Assembly (NCBI GenBank): GCA_040954595.2
Contig: CM082581.2
Location: 1,790,699-1,854,698 of the forward strand
Source of the DNA: Balanoglossus misakiensis
Lineage: Eukaryota > Animalia > Hemichordata
Reading direction: 5' to 3'
DNA: 64,000 bases
Each line of letters begins with the position of its first letter. Position 1 is the stretch's first letter. Below are positions 32,182 through 46,700 of this stretch, piece after piece. The notes under the pieces were generated by a model. The model searched no databases. It was not told the DNA's origin and saw only the letters and a list, made by a program, of their open reading frames with translations. A program made the position numbers and the translations under genes.

Positions 32182-35100
32182 TTCTTGGGAGGGGAGAAAT
32201 GATGGCAGAGAATTTATTGCCGCCATTATTGGGAGGGGAGAAATGATGGCAGAGAGTTTGTTGCCACCATTATTGGGAGGGGAGAAATGAGAGCAGAGAA
32301 TTTGTTGCCGCCATTCTTGGGAGGGGAGAAATGATGGCAGTGAATTTATTGCCGCCATCCTTGGGAGGGGAGAAATGATTGCAGTGAATTTATTGCCGCC
32401 ATCCTTGGGAGGGGAGAAACGATGGCAGAGAATTTATTGCTGCCATTCTTGGGAGGGGAGAAATGATGGCAGAGAATTTATTGCCGCCATTATTGGGAGG
32501 GGAGAAATGATGGCAGAGAGTTTGTTGCCGCCATTATTGGGAGGGGAGAAATGAGAGCAGAGAATTTGTTGCCGGCATTCTGGGGAGGGGAGAAATGATA
32601 GCAGTGAGTTTGTTGCCGCCATTATTGGGAGGGGAGAATGAGAGCAGAGAATTTGTTGCCGCCATTCTTGGGAGGGGAGAAATGATGGCAGTGAATTTAT
32701 TGCCGCCATCCTTGGGAGGGGAGAACTATGGGCTGAGAGTCTGTTGCTTCCATTCTTGGGAGGGGAGAAATATGGGCTGAGAGTCTGTTGCTTCCATTCT
32801 TGGCAGGGGAGAAATGATGGCAGAGAGTTTGTTGCCGTCAATCTCGGGAGGGGAGAAATGATGGCAGAGAATTTATTGCCGCCATTTTTGGGAGGGGAGA
32901 AACGAGAGCAGAGAATTTGTTGCCGCCATTCTTGGGAGGGGATAAATAACCGTTCGGCTGAGAATTTGTTGCCGCCATTCACGGGAGGGGAGAAATGATG
33001 GCAGGGAATTTATTGCCGCCATCCTTGGGAAGGGAGAAACGATGGAAGAGAATTTATTGCTGCCATTCTTGGGAGGGGAGAAATGATGGCAGAGAATTTA
33101 TTGCCGCCATTATTGGGAGGGGAGAAATGATGGCAGAGAGTTTGTTGCCGCCATTATTGGGAGGGGAGAAATGAGAGCAGAGAATTTGTTGCCGCCATTC
33201 TTGGGAGGGGAGAAATGATGGCAGTGAATTTATTGCCGCCATCCTTGGGAGGGGAGAAACGATGGCAGAGAATTTATTGCTGCCATTCTTGGGAGGGGAG
33301 AAATGATGGCAGAGAATTTATTGCCGCCATTATTGGGAGGGGAGAAATGATGGCAGAGAGTTTGTTGCCGCCATTATTGGGAGAGGAGAAATGAGAGCAG
33401 AGAATTTGTTGCCGGCATTATTGGGAGGGGAGAAATGATGGCAGAGAGTTTGTTGCCGCAATTATTGGGAGGGGAGAAATGATGGCAGTGAATTTATTGC
33501 CGCCATCCTTGGGAGGGGAGAAATGATGGCAGTGAATTTATTGCCGCCATCCTTGGGAGGGGAGAAATGATGGCAGAGAATTTATTGCCGCCATCCTTGG
33601 GAGGGGAGAAATATGGGCTGAGAGTCTGTTGCTTCCATTCTTGGCAGGGGAGAAATGATGGCAGAGAGTTTGTCGCCGCCATTCTCGGGAGGGGAGAAAT
33701 GATGGCAGAGAATGTATTGCCGCCATTCTTGGGAGGGGAGAAATGAGAGCAGAGAATTTGTTGCCGCCATTCTTGGGAGGGGATAAATAACCGTTCGGCA
33801 GAGAATTTGTTGCCGCCATTCACGGGAGGGGAGAAATGATGGCAGGGAATTTATTGCCGCCATCCTTGGGAGGGGAGAAACGATGGCAGAGAATTTATTG
33901 CTGCCATTCTTGGGAGGGGAGAAATGATGGCAGAGAATTTATTGCCGCCATTATTGGGAGGGGAGAAATGATGGCAGAGAGTTTGTTGCCGCCATTATTG
34001 GGAGGGGAGAAATGATGGCAGAGAGTTTGTTGCCGCCATTCTCGGGAGGGGAGAAATGATGGCAGAGAATTTATTGCCGCCATTCTTGGGAGGGGAGAAA
34101 TGAGAGCAGAGAATTTGTTGCCGCCATTCTTGGGAGGGGATAAATAACCGTTCGGCTGAGAATTTGTTGCCGCCATTCACGGGAGGGGAGAAATGATGGC
34201 AGGGAATTTATTGCCGCCATCCTTGGGAGGGGAGAAACGATGGCAGAGAATTTATTGCTGCCATTCTTGGGAGGGGAGAAATAAGGGCTGAGAGTAAACT
34301 TTGTTGCCGCCATTCTCGGGAGGGGAGAAATAACGGCTGTGAGTTTGTTGCTGCCATTCTTGGCAGGGGAGAAACGATGGCAGAGAATTTATTGCCGCCT
34401 TTATTGGGAGGGGCGAAATGAGAGCAGAGAATTTGTTGCCGCTATTCACGGGAGGGGAGAAATGATGGCAGGGAATTTATTGCCGCCATCCTTGGGAGAG
34501 GAGAAATGATGGCAATGAATTTATTGCCGCCATCCTTGGGAGGGGAGAAATGATGGCAGAGAATTTTTTGCCGCCATTCTTGGCAGGGGAGAAACGATGG
34601 CAGAGAATGTATTGCCGCCATTCTTGGCAGTGGAGAAACGATGGCAGAGAATTTATTGCCGCCATTCTTGGGAGGGGAGAAATGATGGCAGAGAGTTTGT
34701 TGCCGCCATTCTCGGGAGGGGAGAAATGATGGCAGAGAATTTATTGCCGCCATTATTGGGAGGGGAGAAATGACAGCAGAGAATTTGTTGCCGCCATTCT
34801 TGGAAGGGGATAAATAACGGCTGAGAATTTGTTGCCGCCATTCACGGGAGGAGAGAAATGTTGGCAGGGAATTTATTGCCGCCATCCTTGGGAGGGGAGA
34901 AATGATGTCAGTGAATTTATTGCCGCCATCCTTGGGAGGGGAGAAACGATGGCAGAGAGTTTCTTGCTTCAATTCTTGGGAGGGGAGAAATGATGGCAGA
35001 GAATTTATTGCCGCCATTGTCGGGAGGGGAGAAATAACGGCTGAGATTTTGTTGCTTCCATTCTTGGCAGGGGAGAAATGATGGCAGATAATTTATTGCC

Positions 35101-38100
35101 GCCATTATTGGGAGGGGAGAAATGACTGCAGAGAATTTGTTGCCGCCATTCTTGGGAGGGGATAAATAACTGTTCGGCTGAGAATTTTTTGCCGCCATTC
35201 ACGGGAGGGGAGAAATGATGGCAGGGAATTTATTGCCGCCATCCTTGGGAGGGGAGAAATGATTGCAGTGATCTTATTGCCGCCATCCTTGGGAGGGGAG
35301 AAACGATGGCAGAGAATGTATTGCTGCCATTCTTGGGAGGGGAGAAATGATGGCAGAGAATTTATTGCCGCCATTATTGGGAGGGGAGAAATGATGGCAG
35401 AGAGTTTGTTGCCGCCATTATTGGGAGGGGAGAAATGAGAGCAGAGAATTTGTTGCCGCCATTCTTGGGAGGGGAGAAATGATGGCAGTGAATTTATTGC
35501 CGCCATCCTTGGGAGGGGAGAAATGATGGCAGAGAATTTATTGCCGCCATCCTTGGGAGGGGAGAAATAAGGGCTGAGAGTAAACTTTGTTGCCGCCATT
35601 CTCGGGAGGGGAGAAATAACGGCTGTGAGTTTGTTGCTGCCATTCTTGGCAGGGGAGAAACGATGGCAGAGAATTTATTGCCGCCTTTATTGGGAGGGGC
35701 GAAATGAGAGCAGAGAATTTGTTGCCGCCATTCTTGGGAGGGGAGAAATGATGGCAGTGAATTTATTGCCGCCATCCTTGGGAGGGGAGAAATGATTGCA
35801 GTGAATTTATTGCCGCCATCCTTGGGAGGGGAGAAACGATGGCAGAGAATTTATTGCTGCCATTCTTGGGAGGGGAGAAATGATGGCAGAGAATTTATTG
35901 CCGCCATTCTTGGCAGGGGATAAATAACCGTTCGGCTGAGAATTTGTTGCCGCCATTCACGGGAGGGGAGAAATGAAGGCAGGGAATTTATTGCCGCCAT
36001 CCTTGGGAGGGGAGAAATGATTGCAGTGAATTTATTGCCGCCATCCTTGGGAGGGGAGAAACGATGGCTGAGAATGTATTGCTGCCATTCTTGGGAGGGG
36101 AGAAATGATGGCAGAGAATTTATTGCCGCCATTATTGGGACGGGAGAAATGATGGCAGAGAGTTTGTTGCCGCCATTATTGGGAGGGGAGAAATGAGAGA
36201 AGGGACTTTGTTGCCGCCATTCTTGGGAGGGGAGAAATGATGGCAGTGAATTTATTGCCGCCATCCTTGGGAGGGGAGAAATGATGGCAGAGAGTTTGTT
36301 GCCGCCATTATTGGGAGGGGAGAAATGAGAGCAGAGAAATTGTTGCCGGCATTCTTGGGAGGGGAGAAATGATGGCAGTGAATTTATTGCCGCCATCCTT
36401 GGGAGGGGAGAAATGATGGCAGAGAATTTATTGCCGCCATCCTTGGGAGGGGAGAAATAAGGGCTGAGAGTAAACTTTGTTGCCGCCATTCTCGGGAGGG
36501 GAGAAATAACGGCTGTGAGTTTGTTGCTGCCATTCTTGGCAGGGGAGAAACGATGGCAGAGAATTTATTGCCGCCTTTATTGGGAGGGGCGAAATGAGAG
36601 CAGAGAATTTGTTGCCGCTATTCACGCGAAGGGAGAAATGATGGCAGGGAATTTATTGCCGCCATCCTTGGGAGAGGAGAAATGATGGCAATGAATTTAT
36701 TGCCGCCTTCCTTGGGAGGGGAGAAATGATGGCAGAGAATTTTTTGCCGCCATTCTTGGCAAGGGAGAAACGATGGCAGAGAATGTATTGCCGCCATTCT
36801 TGGCAGTGGAGAAACGATGGCAGAGAATTTATTGCCGCCATTCTTGGGAGGGGAGAAATGATGGCAGAGAGTTTGTTGCCGCCATTCTCGGGATGGGAGA
36901 AATGATGGCAGAGAATTTATTGCCGCCATTATTGGGAGGGGAGAAATGACAGCAGAGAATTTGTTGCCGCCATTCTTGGAAGGGGATAAATAACGGCTGA
37001 GAATTTGTTGCCGCCATTCACGGGAGGAGAGAAATGTTGGCAGGGAATTTATTGCCGCCATCCTTGAGAGGGGAGAAATGATGTCAGTGAATTTATTGCC
37101 GCCATCCTTGGGAGGGGAGAAACGATGGCAGAGAGTTTGTTGCTTCAATTCTTGGGAGGGGAGAAATGATGGCAGAGAATTTATTGCCGCCATTGTCGGG
37201 AGGGTAGAAATAACGGCTGAGATTTTGTTGCTTCCATTCTTGGCAGGGGAGAAATGATGGCAGATAATTTATTGCCGCCATTATTGGGAGGGGAGACATG
37301 ACTGCAGAGAATTTGTTGCCGCCATTCTTGGGAGGGGATAAGCAACGGCTGAGAATTTGTTGCCGCCATTCACGGGAGGGGAGAAATGATGGCAGGGAAT
37401 TTATTGCCGCCATTCTCGGGATGGGAGAAATGATGGCAGAGAATTTATTGCCGCCATTCTTGGGAGGGGAGAAATGAGAGCAGAGAATTTGTTGCCGCCA
37501 TTCTTGGGAGGGGATAAATAACTGTTCGGCTGAGAATTTGTTGCCGCCATTCACGGGAGGGGAGAAATGATGGCAGGGAATTTATTGCCGCCATTATTGG
37601 GAGGGGAGAAATGAGAGCAGAGAATTTGTTGCCGCCATTCTTGGGAGGGGAGAAATGATGGCAGTGAATTTATTGCCGCCATCCTTGGGAGGGGAGAAAT
37701 GATGGCAGAGAATTTATTGCCGCCATCCTTGGGAGGGGAGAAATAAGGGCTGAGAGTAAACTTTGTTGCCGCCATTCTCGGGAGGGGAGAAATAACGGCT
37801 GTGAGTTTGTTGCTGCCATTCTTGGCGGGGGAGAAACGATGGCAGAGAATTTATTGCCGCCTTTATTGGGAGGGGCGAAATGAGAGCAGAGAATTTGTTG
37901 CCGCCATTCTTGGGAGGGGAGAAATGATGGCAGTGAATTTATTGCCGCCATCCTTGGGAGGGGAGAAATGATTGCAGTGAATTTATTGCCGCCATCCTTG
38001 GGAGGGGAGAAGCGATGGCAGAGAATTTATTGCTGCCATTCTTGGGAGGGGAGAAATGATGGCAGAGAATTTATTGCCGCCATTCTTGGGAGGGGATAAA

Positions 38101-41100
38101 TAACCGTTCGCCTGAGAATTTGTTGCCGCCATTCACGGGAGGGGAGAAATGATGGCAGGGAATTTATTGCCGCCATCCTTGGGAGGGGAGAAATGATTTC
38201 AGTGAATTTATTGCCGCCATCCTTGGGAGGGGAGAAACGATGGCAGAGAATGTATTGCTGCCATTCTTGGGAGGGGAGAAATGATGGCAGAGAATTTATT
38301 GCCGCCATTATTGGGACGGGAGAAATGATGGCAGAGAGTTTGTTGCCGCCATTCTTGGGAGGGGAGAAATGATGGCAGAGAATTTATTGCCGCCATCCTT
38401 GGGAGGGGAGAAATGATGGCAGAGAATTTATTGCCGCCATCCTTGGGAGGGGAGAAATAAGGGCTGAGAGTAAACTTTGTTGCCGCCATTCTCGGGAGGG
38501 GAGAAATAAAGGCTGTGAGTTTGTTGCTGCCATTCTTGGCAGGGGAGAAACGATGGCAGAGAATTTATTGCCGCCTTTATTGGGAGGGGCGAAATGAGAG
38601 CAGATAATTTGTTGCCGCCATTCACGGGAGGGAAGAAATGATGGCAGGGAATTTATTGCCGCCACCCTTGGGAGAGGAGAAACGATGGCAGAGAATTTAT
38701 TGCCGCCATTCTTGGCAGGGGAGAAACGATGGCAGAGAATTTATTGCCGCCATTCTCGGGAGGGGAGAAATGATGGCAGAGAATTTATTGCCGCCATTCT
38801 TGGGAGGGGAGAAATGAGAGCAGGGAATTTGTTGCCGCCATTCTTGGGAGGGGATAACTAACCGTTCGGCTGAGAATTTGTTGCCGCCATTCTTGGCATG
38901 GGAGAAACGATGGCAGAGAATTTATTGCCGCCATTCTTGGGAGGGGAGAAATGATGGCAGAGAGTTTGTTGCCGCCATTCTCGGGAGGGGAGAAATGATG
39001 GCAGAGAATTTATTGGCGCCATTATTGGGAGGGGAGAAATGAGAGCAGAGATTTTGTTGCCGCCATCCTTGGGAGGGGAGAAATGATGGCAGTGAATTTA
39101 TTGCCGCCATCCTTGGGAGGGGAGAAATAATGGCAGTGAATTTATTGCCGCCATTCTCGGGATGGGAGAAATGATGGCAGAGAATTTATTGCCACCATTC
39201 TTGGGAGGGGAGAAATGAGAGCAGAGAATTTGCTGCCGCCATTCTTGGGAGGGGAATTAATAACCGTTCGGTTGAGAATTTGTTGTCGCCATTCGCTGGA
39301 GGGGAGAAATGATGGCAGGGAATTTATTGCCGCCATCCTTGGGAGTGGAGAAATGATTGCAGTGAATTTATTGCCGCCATCCTTGGGAGGGAAGAAACGA
39401 TGGCAGAGAATGTATTGCTGCCATTCTTGGGAGGGGAGAAATGATGGCAGAGAATTTATTGCCGCCATTATTGGAAGGGGAGAAATGATGGCAGAGAGTT
39501 TGTTGCCGCCATTATTGGGAGGGGAGAAATGAGAGTGGAGAATTTGTTGCCGCCATTCTTGGGAGGGGAGAAATGATGGCAGTGAATTTATTGCCGCCAT
39601 CCTTGGGAGGGGAGAAATGATGGCAGAGAATTTATTGCCGCCATCCTTGGGAGGGGAGAAATAAGGACTGAGAGTAAACTTTGTTGCCGCCATTCTCGGG
39701 AGGGGAGAAATAACGGCTGTGAGTTTGTTGCTGCCATTCTTGGCAGGGAAGAAACGATGGCAGAGAATTTATTGCCGCCTTTATTGGGAGGGGCGAAATG
39801 AGAGCAGAGAATTTGTTGCCGCCATTCACGGGAGGGGAGAAATGATGGCAGGGAATTTATTGCCGCCATCCTTGGGAGGGGAGAAATGATTGCAGTGAAT
39901 TTATTGCCGCCATTATTGGGAGAGGAGAAATGATGGCAGAGAGTTTGTTGCCGCCATTATTGGGAGGGGAGAAATGAGAGCAGGGAATTTGTTGCCGCCA
40001 TTCTTGGGAGGGGAGAAATGATGGCAGTGAATTTATTGCCGCCATCCTTGGGAGGGGAGAAATGATGGCAGAGAATTTATTGCCGCCATCCTTGGGAGGG
40101 GAGAAATAACGACTGTGAGTTTGTTGCTGCCATTCTTGGCAGGGGAGAAACGATGGCAGAGAATTTATTGCCGCCTTTATTGGGAGGGGCGAAATGAGAG
40201 CAGAGAATTTGTTGCCGCCATTCACGGGAGGGGAGAAATGATGGCAGGGAATTTATTGCCGCCATCCTTGGGAGAGGAGAAACGATGGCAGAGAATTTAT
40301 TGCCGCCATTCTTGGCAGGGGAGAAACGATGGCAGAGAATTTATTGCCGCCATTCTCGGGAAGGGAGAAATGATGGCAGAGAATTTATTGCCGCCATTCT
40401 TGGGAGGGGAGAAATGAGAGCAGAGAATTTGTTGCCGCCACGCCATTCTTGGGAGGGGATAAATAACCGTTCGGCTGAGAATTTGTTGCCGCCATTCACG
40501 GGAGGGGAGAAATGATGGCAGGGAATTTATTGCCGCCATCCTTGGGAGGGGAGAAATGATTGCAGTGAATTTATTGCCGCCATTATTGGGAGAGGAGAAA
40601 TGATGGCAGAGAGTTTGTTGCCGCCATTATTGGGAGGGGAGAAATGAGAGCAGGGAATTTGTTGCCGCCATTCTTGGGAGGGGAGAAATGATGGCAGTGA
40701 ATTTATTGCCGCCATCCTTGGGAGGGGAGAAATGATGGCAGAGAATTTATTGCCGCCATCCTTGGGAGGGGAGAAATAAGGGCTGAGAGTAAACTTTGTT
40801 GCCGCCATTCTCGGGAGGGGAGAAATAACGACTGTGAGTTTGTTGCTGCCATTCTTGGCAGGGGAGAAACGATGGCAGAGAATTTATTGCCGCCTTTATT
40901 GGGAGGGGCGAAATGAGAGCAGAGAATTTGTTGCCGCCATTCACGGGAGGGGAGAAATGATGGCAGGGAATTTATTGCCGCCATCCTTGGGAGAGGAGAA
41001 ACGATGGCAGAGAATTTATTGCCGCCATTCTTGGCAGGGGAGAAACGATGGCAGAGAATTTATTGCCGCCATTCTCGGGAAGGGAGAAATGATGGCAGAG

Positions 41101-43799
41101 AATTTATTGCCGCCATTCTTGGGAGGGGAGAAATGAGAGCAGAGAATTTGTTGCCGCCATTCTTGGGAGGGGATAAATAACCGTTCGGCTGAGAATTTGT
41201 TGCCGCCATTCACGGGAGGGGAGAAATGATGGCAGGGAATTTATTGCCGCCATCCTTGGGAGGGGAGAAACGATGGCAGAGAATTTATTGCTGCCATTCT
41301 TGGGAGGGGAGAAATGATGGCAGAGAATTTATTGCCGCCATTATTGGGAGGGGAGAGATGAAAGCAGAGAATTTGTTGCCGCCATTCTTGGGAGGGGATA
41401 AATAACGGCTGAGAATTTGTTGCTGCCATTCACTGGAAGGGAGAAATGATGGCAGGGAATTTATTGCCGCCATCCTTGTGAGGGGAGAAATGATGTCAGT
41501 GAATTTATTGCCGCCATCCTTGGGAGGGGAGAAACGATGGCAGAGAGTTTGTTGCCTCCATTCTTGGGAGGGGAGAAATGATGGCAGAGAGTTTGTTGCC
41601 GCCATTCTCGGGAGGGGAGAAATGATGGCAGTTAATGTATTGCCGCCATCCTTGTGAGGGGAGAAATGATGTCAGTGAATTTATTGCCGCCATCCTTGGG
41701 AGGGGAGAAATGAGAGCAGAGAATGTATTGCCGCCATCCTTGGGAGGGGAGAAACGATGGCAGAGAATTTATTGCCGCCATTCTTGGGAGGGGATAAATA
41801 ACGGCTGAGAATTTGTTGCCGCCATTCACGGGAGGGGAGAAATGATGGCAGGGAAATTATTGCCGCCATTCACGGGAGGGGAGAAATGATGGCAGGGAAT
41901 TTATTGCCGCCATCCTTGGGAGAGGAGAAACGATGGCAGAGAATTTATTGCCGCCATTCTTGGCAGGGGAGAAACGATGGCAGAGAATTTATTGCCGCCA
42001 TTCTTGGCAGGGGAGAAACGATGGCAGAGAATTTATGCTGCCATTCTTGGGAGGGGAGAAATGATGGCAGAGAGTTTGTTGCCGCCATTCTCGGGAGGGG
42101 AGAAATGGGGGCAGAGAGTAAACTTTGTTGCCGCCATTGTCGGGAGGGGAGAAATAACGGCTGAGAGTTTGTTGCTTCCATTCTTGGCAGGGGAGAAATG
42201 ATGGCAGAGAATTTATTGCCGCCATTATTGGGAGGGGAGAAATGAGAGCAGAGAATTTGTTGCCGCCATTCACGGGAGGGGAGAAATGTTGGCAGGGAAT
42301 TTATTGCCGCCATCCTTGGGAGGGGAGAAATGATGGCAGAGAATTTATTGCCGCCATTCTTGGCAGGGGAGAAACGATGGCAGAGAATTTATTGCCGCCA
42401 TCTTTGGGAGGGGAGAAACGATGGCAGAGAATTTATGCTGCCATTCTTGGGAGGGGAGAAATGATGGCAGAGAGTTTGTTGCCGCCATTCTCGGGAGGGG
42501 AGAAATGGGGGCAGAGAGTAAACTTTGTTGCCGCCATTGTCGGGAGGGGAGAAATAACGGCTGAGAGTTTGTTGCTTCCATTCTTGGCAGGGGAGAAATG
42601 ATGGCAGAGAATTTATTGCCGCCATTATTGGGAGGGGAGAAATGAGAGCAGAGAATTTGTTGCCGCCATTCACGGGAGGGGAGAAATGTTGGCAGGGAAT
42701 TTATTGCCGCCATCCTTGGGAGGGGAGAAATGATGGCAGAGAATTTATTGCCGCCATTCTTGGCAGGGGAGAAATGATGGCAGAGAATGAATTGCCGCCA
42801 TTCTTGGCAGGGGAGAAACGATGGCAGAGAATTTATTACCGCCATTCTTGGGAGGGGAGAAATGATGGCAGAGAGTTTGTTGCCGCCATTCTCGTCTCGG
42901 GAGGGGATAAATAACGGCTGAGAATTTGTTGCCGCCATTCACGGGAAGGGAGAAATGATGGCAGGGAATTTATTGCCGCCCCTTGGGAGGGGAGAAATGA
43001 TGGCCGTGAATTTATTGCCGCCATCCTTGGGAGGGGAGAAATAACGGCTGAGAGTTTGTTGCTTCCATACTTGGCAGGGGAGAAATGATGGCAGAGAATT
43101 TATTGCCGCCATTATTGGGAGGGGAGAAATGAAAGCAGAGAATTTGTTGCCGCCATTCTTGGGAGGGGATATATAACGGCTGAGAATTTATTGCCGCCAT
43201 TCACGGGAGGGGAGAAATGTTGGCAGGGAATTTATTGCCGCCATCTTTGTGAGGGGAGAAATGATGTCAGTGAATTTATTGCCGCCATCCTTGGGAAGGG
43301 AGAAACGATGCCAGAGAGTTTGTTGCTTCCATTCTTGGGAGGGGAGAAATGATGGCAGAGAGTTTGTTGCCGCCATTCTCGGGAGGGGATAAATGATGGC
43401 AGTTAATGTATTACCGCCATTCTTGGCAGGGGAGAAATGAGAGCAGAGAATTTATTGCCGCCATCCTTGGGAGGGGAGAAACGATGGCAGAGAGTTTATG
43501 CTGCCATTCTTGGGAGGGGAGAAATGATGGCAGAGAGTTTGTTGCCGCCATTCTCGGGAGGGGAGAAATGGGGGCAGAGAGAAAACTTTGTTGCCGCCAT
43601 TGTCGGGAGGGGAGAAATAACGGCTGAGAGTTTGTTGCTTCCATTCTTGGCAGGGGAGAAATGATGGCAGAGAATTTATTGCCGCCATTATTGGGAGGGG
43701 AGGAATGAGAGCAGAGAATTTGTTGCCGCCATTCACGGGAGGGGAGAAATGTTGGCTGGGAATTTATTGCCGCCATCCTTGGGAGGGGAGAAATGATGG

Positions 43800-46700
43800 C
43801 AGAGAAATTGTTGCCGCCATTCTTGGCAGGGGAGAAACGATGGCAGAGAATTTATTGCCGCCATTCTTGGGAGGGGAGAAATGATGGCAGAGAGTTTGTT
43901 GCCGCCATTCTCGGGAGGGGAGAAATGGGGGCAGAGAGTAAACTTTGTTGCCGCCATTGTCGGGAGGGGAGAAATAACGGCTGAGAGTTTGTTGCTTCCA
44001 TTCTTGGCAGGGGAGAAATGATGGCAGAAAATTTATTGCCGCCAATATTGGGAGGGGAGAAATGAGAGCAGAGAATTTGTTGCCGCCATTCACGGGAGGG
44101 GAGAAATGTTGGCAGGGAATTTATTGCCGCCATCCTTGGGAGGGGAGAAATGATGGCAGAGAAATTGTTGCCGCCATTCTTGGCAGGGGAGAAACGATGG
44201 CAGAGAATTTATTGCCGCCATTATTGGGAGGGGAGAAATGAGAGCAGAGAATTTGTTGCTGCCATTCTTGGGAGGGGATAAATAACGGCTGAGAATGTGT
44301 TGCTGCCATTCACTGGAAGGGAGAAATGATGGCAGGGAATTTATTGCCTCCCCTTGGGAGGGGAGAAATAACGGCTGAGAGTTTGTTGCTTCCATTCTTG
44401 GCAGGGGAGAAATGATGGCAGAGAATTTATTGCCGCCATTATTGGGAGGGGAGAAATGAAAGCAGAGAATTTGTTGCCGCCATTCTTGGGAGGGGATAAA
44501 TAACGGCTGAGAATGTGTTGCCGCCATTCACGGGAGGGGAGAAATGTTGGCAGGGAATTTATTGCCGCCATCCTTGTGAGGGGAGAAATGATGTCAGTGA
44601 ATTTATTGTCGCCATCCTTGGGAGGGGAGAAACGATGGCAGAGAGTTTGTTGCCTCCATTCTTGGGAGGGGAGAAATGATGGCAGAGAGTTTGTTGCCGC
44701 CATTCTCGGGAGGGGAGAAATGATGGCAGTTAATGTATTGCCGCAATTCTTGGGAGGGGAGAAATGATGGCAGAGAATTTATTGCCGCCATTATTGGGAG
44801 GGGAGAAATGATGGCAGAGAATTTATTGCCGCCATTATTGGGAGGGGAGAAATGAGTGCAGAGAATTTGTTGCCGCCATTCATGGGAGGGGAGAAATAAC
44901 GGCTGAGAATTTGTTGCCGCCATTCACGGGAGGGGAGAAATGTTGGCAGGGAATTTATTGCCGCCATCCTTGGGAGGGGAGAAATGATAGCAGAGAAATT
45001 GTTGCCGCCATTCTTGGCAGGTGAGAAACGATGGCAGAGAATTTATTGCCGCCATTCTTTGCAGGCGAGAAACGATGGCAGAGAATTTATTGCCGCCATT
45101 CTTGGGAGGGGAGAAATGATGGCAGAGAGTTTGTTGCCGCCATTCTCGGGAGGGGAGAAATGATGGCAGAGAATTTATTGCCGCCATTATTGGGAGGGGA
45201 GAAATGAGAGCAGAGAATTTGTTGCCGCCATTCTTGGAAGGGGATAAATAACGGTTGAGAATGTGTTGCCGCCATTCAAGGGAGGGGAGAAATGATGGCA
45301 TAGAGTTTGTTGCCGCCATTCTTGGGAGAGGAGAAATGATGGCAGAGAGTTTGTTGCCGCCATTCTCGGGAGGGGAGAAATGATGGCAGAGCATGTATTG
45401 CCGCCATTCTTGGCAGGGGAGAAATGATGGCGATAATTTAGTGCCGCCATTATTGGGAGGGGAGAAATGAGAGCAGAGAATTTGTTGCTGCCATTCTTGG
45501 GAGGGGATAAATAACGGCTGGGAATTTCTTGCTGCCATTCACTGGAAGGGAGAAATGATGGCAGGGAATTTATTGCCGCCCCTTGGGAGGGGAGAAATAA
45601 CGGCTGAGAGTTTGTTGCTTCCATTCTTGGCAGGGGAGAAATGATGGCAGAGAATTTATTGCCGCCATTATTGGGAGGGGAGAAATGAGAGCAGAGAATT
45701 TGTTGCCGCCATTCACGGGAGGGGAGAAATGTTGGCAGGGAATTTATTGCCGCCATCCTTGGGAGGGGAGAAATGATGGCAGAGAGTTTGTTGCCGCCAT
45801 TCTCGGGAGGGGAGAAATGGGGGCAGAGAGTAAACTTTGTTGCCGCCATTGTCGGGAGGGGAGAAATAACAGCTGAGAGTTTGTTGCTTCCATTCTTGGC
45901 AGGGGAGAAATGATGGCAGAGAATTTATTGCCGCCATTATTGGGAGGGGAGAAATGAGAGCAGAGAATTTGTTGCCGCCATTCACGGGAGGGGAGAAATG
46001 TTGGCAGGGAATTTATTGCCGCCATCCTTGGGAGGGGAGAAATGATGGCAGAGAAATTGTTGCCGCCATTCTTGGCAGGGGAGAAACGATGGCAGAGAAT
46101 TTATTGCCGCCATTCTTTGCAGGCGAGAAACGATGGCAGAGAATTTATTGCCGCCATTCTTGGGAGGGGAGAAATGATGGCAGAGAGTTTGTTGCCGCCA
46201 TTCTCGGGAGGGGAGAAATGATGGCAGAGAATTTATTGCCGCCATTATTGGGAGGGGAGAAATGAGAGCAGAGAATTTGTTGCCGCCATTCTTGGAAGGG
46301 GATAAATAACGGTTGAGAATGTGTTGCCGCCATTCACGGGAGGGGAGAAATGATGGCAGAGAGTTTGTTGCCGCCATTCTTGGGAGAGGAGAAATGATGG
46401 CAGAGAGTTTGTTGCCGCCATTCTCGGGAGGGTAGAAATGATGGCAGAGAATGTATTGCCGCCATTCTTGGCAGGGGAGAAATGATGGCAGATAATTTAT
46501 TGCCGCCATTATTGGGAGGGGAGAAATGAGAGCAGAGAATTTGTTGCTGCCATTCTTGGGAGGGGATAAATAACGGCTGAGAATTTGTTGCTGCCATTCA
46601 CTGGAAGGGAGAAATGATGGCAGGGAATTTATTGCCGCCCCTTGGGAGGGGAGAAATAACGGCTGAGAGTTTGTTGCTTCTATTCTTGGCAGGGGAGAAA

